A DNA stretch of 62,705 nt, counting the filler, from Globobulimina sp. (lineage: Eukaryota), in assembly GCA_003354225.1 (NCBI GenBank). It is 20 parts of 20 records of this genome, joined end to end, with 100 filler letters (N's around TTAATTAATTAA, not from the genome) between each part and the next. Parts side by side here need not be neighbours in the genome. Positions count along the whole stretch, not along the records: positions 59,668 to 62,705 come from PIVH01003928.1; 19 more parts are not named here. One strand, 5' to 3'. Shown here piece by piece: positions 59,668-62,705 of this stretch. Each line of letters starts with the position of its first letter. Position 1 is the stretch's first letter. The notes beneath the pieces were generated by a model, which saw nothing but the letters and a program-made list of their open reading frames with translations, did no database searches and was not told where the DNA came from. Made by a program: the position numbers and the translations under genes.

Positions 59668-62600
59668 ACAATGAATTTGTGTTTACTGTGATTGATGATA
59701 CTTTTTCATTCGGTTCCATTGGATTAAGAACCTGGAAAACTCCTGCAATATTCACTTCGGTTCGAATTAGGTTCCCGTCAGACAACCATTTATATTTAGT
59801 GTGTCCGGTTGGATCCACGCAAGTTGGCGACATCAACGCAGATATTGAGGTATGTGGACTGGAAGCCTGTGATGCACGGTATGATAAAGCAACCATTGAT
59901 GACTGTTTAATGCATTGTATGTTGAATACAAATTGTAAATCCTTTCGGTGGTCTCCCATTGACGGGGACCAAAATCATTTATCAACAGCAGTTTGTACTA
60001 TATACGATACTGAGGCAGCGACTACGACATTGGGTCCAAATGGCATTCTTTGTAGAAGAAATACTTTCAATTTTGGTAATTTATACAATGACAAAGATAT
60101 TAGCAATGCAATATCAACACAACAAAGTAAAATATTATCCAATATCGAAATTACCGACCCATTGAGCATCAGTTTTGATTTTATTATTGGTGAAAATGAG
60201 TGTACCACAATACAGGATAAAATATGTAATTTAATTCAATTTGGCGCCACAAATAAAGGTATATTTTTCCCACGTATTTCGACAAAAAATGATAATATTA
60301 ATGGATTATTATATTGGAACATTCAAATGTCGGATGGGTCGACAACACAAAATATTACATACAATTTAAATGAAACAGGAGCAAATAATGAGTCATTTGC
60401 AATTACAACCAATGCAAAATCAAATTTTCATATAATATTCAATGGGCTGCAACGTCAATTTTATATTGGAGCAAAACTATTTCATTATTCCAACGATATT
60501 AGCAATGATTTTGAAGCAATTGTTGGCGATTCGCAGCCTTTTTATGTCGGCAATCCTGATCCAGAGCAAGTTTCATTGAATGCAAATATAACAAATCTTT
60601 GTATTTCTACTGCCTCCGGATCACCAACTACCAGCCCCACAGATAAGCCATCAAAAGCACCAACTGTTAAACCTACGGAATCGCCCACTCATTTAATAAA
60701 TGCTGAGGAATATACAAAAATAGATTGTTATACAGAATATGGCGAAGCTGGGGAACGAAGTGTATCATGTTTAAAATCACATTTTATGATGGTTTCATGT
60801 GGTATTTCTCGATCAAATAGTACTGATACAGAAGATATTATATTTTATAAAGGATCATATATAGAAAGAGTAAATACGAATGATTTAACATCTCGAGAGA
60901 TTTGTCATGTTGATTATAATACAAATAATCCAAATAACACAATAAGAGCACAAGCCCGTTGTTGCAATTTTAAACAAGAATATAATGACGATTTTAAATG
61001 TAGATATTTTAAATCTGACGATATACAGTTAGGTACTGGCCAGGTATGTCAATAAATACATACAAATTGTACACATTTATCGTACATTTGCCACTTGTTA
61101 GTCTTCATCAGAACGTGCCGCGAAAAAATCAAATGAATTTACATACACGACCTGTCCCAAAGAGTTTCCCTTATTAATATCATGTGCAACACACGTGGAT
61201 GAGACTAAAGTAACTAATTTTGCCGAAACTATAGATGATATTCAATTTTATGGTACTGTTTATTCAACCAACCCAGAAAATAATTTATACTTTGAATTAA
61301 ACACTGGAAATGCGAGTAGAACCATACCTTTTCCACCAACATCATCGACGACATCTACATCACACATTTATTCACCAACAAAATCGCCAACATATACACC
61401 AACCTCTTCTGCTGATACATTACAATTAAATATCTCACAAACAACCCGATGTGTTTCGCAATATGGCCCAAAAACTGGCAATTATACAATATCTGCAATC
61501 GCCACCTGTTGCACTGCGGGTCATTCGACCTCGCAAACCATTATACAAAGAACCTCCGCGCCCACACCCTCTCCAATAAAACCACCGTTATTAGAAACTG
61601 CTTTGTTTGGATCGAATGGCACCAACACAGGCGAGAGATTTAAAGAATTTCATGATGTGAATAGTTCAATAATTGGTATTGATGAATGGGGTATTTTCCA
61701 AGTTGACGACCAAAGAGCGTCTCCAGTGAATAACATAAAGATCAAATATCAAGGTATCACAATTGAATAATTTGTATATGCACAACAGAAACAAATGCTA
61801 TTGCGCAAATTGTGCGTTGTGACGTTGAAAATTATTCAATTGTGCAAGGTATATTGATTGGAACGTATAAAGTATGGAATACCACTCACATACTAACAAC
61901 ACAAACACTTACTGACTATCACAACATAGCGGGGAATCTGTTTCACAAATTGGACAACAAACCTTGTTCATCTTTCATGTTAGATACAGATGTGGATGGA
62001 CATAGAGATTTTATCAATGGATTCGATGTTTATTATACTCCCATAGCAATATATGGGTTAACATTCTATACCTCACTTGGTAGGAAATATTCTTGTCCGG
62101 ATGATGGAGACTTTATTGATACATCAGTCACAACTCACGAACCAACATCTGAGCCAACTGTAGAGCCCACAAATGGACCAAGAAATGATCCAAGCAAAGA
62201 TCCAACAAATGATCCAACAAAAACTCCAACTGCAGAGCCAACAACTTCTGCGCATACAACTTCTGTGCCTGCGCCCACTCCTTATCCAGGGTACAATTAT
62301 CTAGCTGATAAATGGTATAATATGTCAGTGGTATCACAAAGAAATGTATTTGATAAACAGGGTACGTATAAGTTGAGTGGATGGACGGGTTGGTATCAAA
62401 CACGCACTGTGCAAACTGCTGTGGTTCGAAATATTATGGGTTCCATTGCTTTTTTGTTTACAGCTGAACAATCCATAAATGCCAGCACTGCCTCCACTGT
62501 ATCAGCAAACGCTGCAGCTCGAACTCGACACGTTTCTGACTCCCTGGCACCTTCCTTAGAGCCTGCCAATACAACACATAATCCAACAGTTTCTGAGCAA

Positions 62601-62705
62601 TCCACGAAAGAAATAAAATGCTTTGCAATAGCAGGCGTTAATAAAGTTGCATGTAAACGAGGGTCTGTTGAGTTTATGACCGGTTGTAATGGCTACTCCA
62701 TTAAT
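59668..62705 (+). CDS. Large modular extracellular protein, partial at both ends; join(<59668..61043,61102..61753,61849..>62705)
   Basis: PAN/Apple-like module (TIDDCLMHCMLNTNCKSFRWS...CTIY), lectin-like beta domain, PT linkers, Cys-rich modules (VSCG...ARCC; ATCC) and a jacalin-like segment (INGFDVYY..IYGLTFYTS...LSGWTG). Two in-frame introns, and the last exon is open to the window end. Confidence 0.75.

Overview
This window is not one locus. It is 20 unrelated ~3.04-kb contigs (3043 down to 3038 bp, i.e. size-sorted) joined by an artificial 100-bp spacer (N44-TTAATTAATTAA-N44), so gene neighbourhoods mean something only within a contig, and ORFs ending in X...LIN are linker read-through. 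Nineteen contigs look like an AT-rich, gene-dense unicellular eukaryote with short GT-AG introns (about 54-105 bp). By inference it is foraminiferan/rhizarian-like, from the caspase-like protease, tandem MATH repeats, PT-repeat surface proteins and the 'LLVNGYIR...IP..II.L' N-terminal motif. Contig 5 (12573-15615) looks animal-like. Recognisable genes: a Cys-less pentameric ligand-gated channel, PUS7, an FAD monooxygenase, a TPT/SLC35 transporter, SNF1/AMPK, a CHD remodeller, a Dicer-like helicase, a Cdc15/MAP3K-epsilon-like kinase, RPN13, an acyltransferase-3, a 2-oxoglutarate/malate carrier, a membrane-anchored globin, a WDR54-like protein and a caspase-like protease. The best lead is contig 19 (56530-59567). 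It holds a Penelope-like reverse transcriptase with no C-terminal GIY-YIG endonuclease. On the same strand it is followed by a minimal hammerhead-ribozyme fold with a non-canonical core (G3-C8 swap plus one extra nucleotide) and a palindromic stem III, then a hairpin and another ORF. All calls were made by eye and no searches were run.
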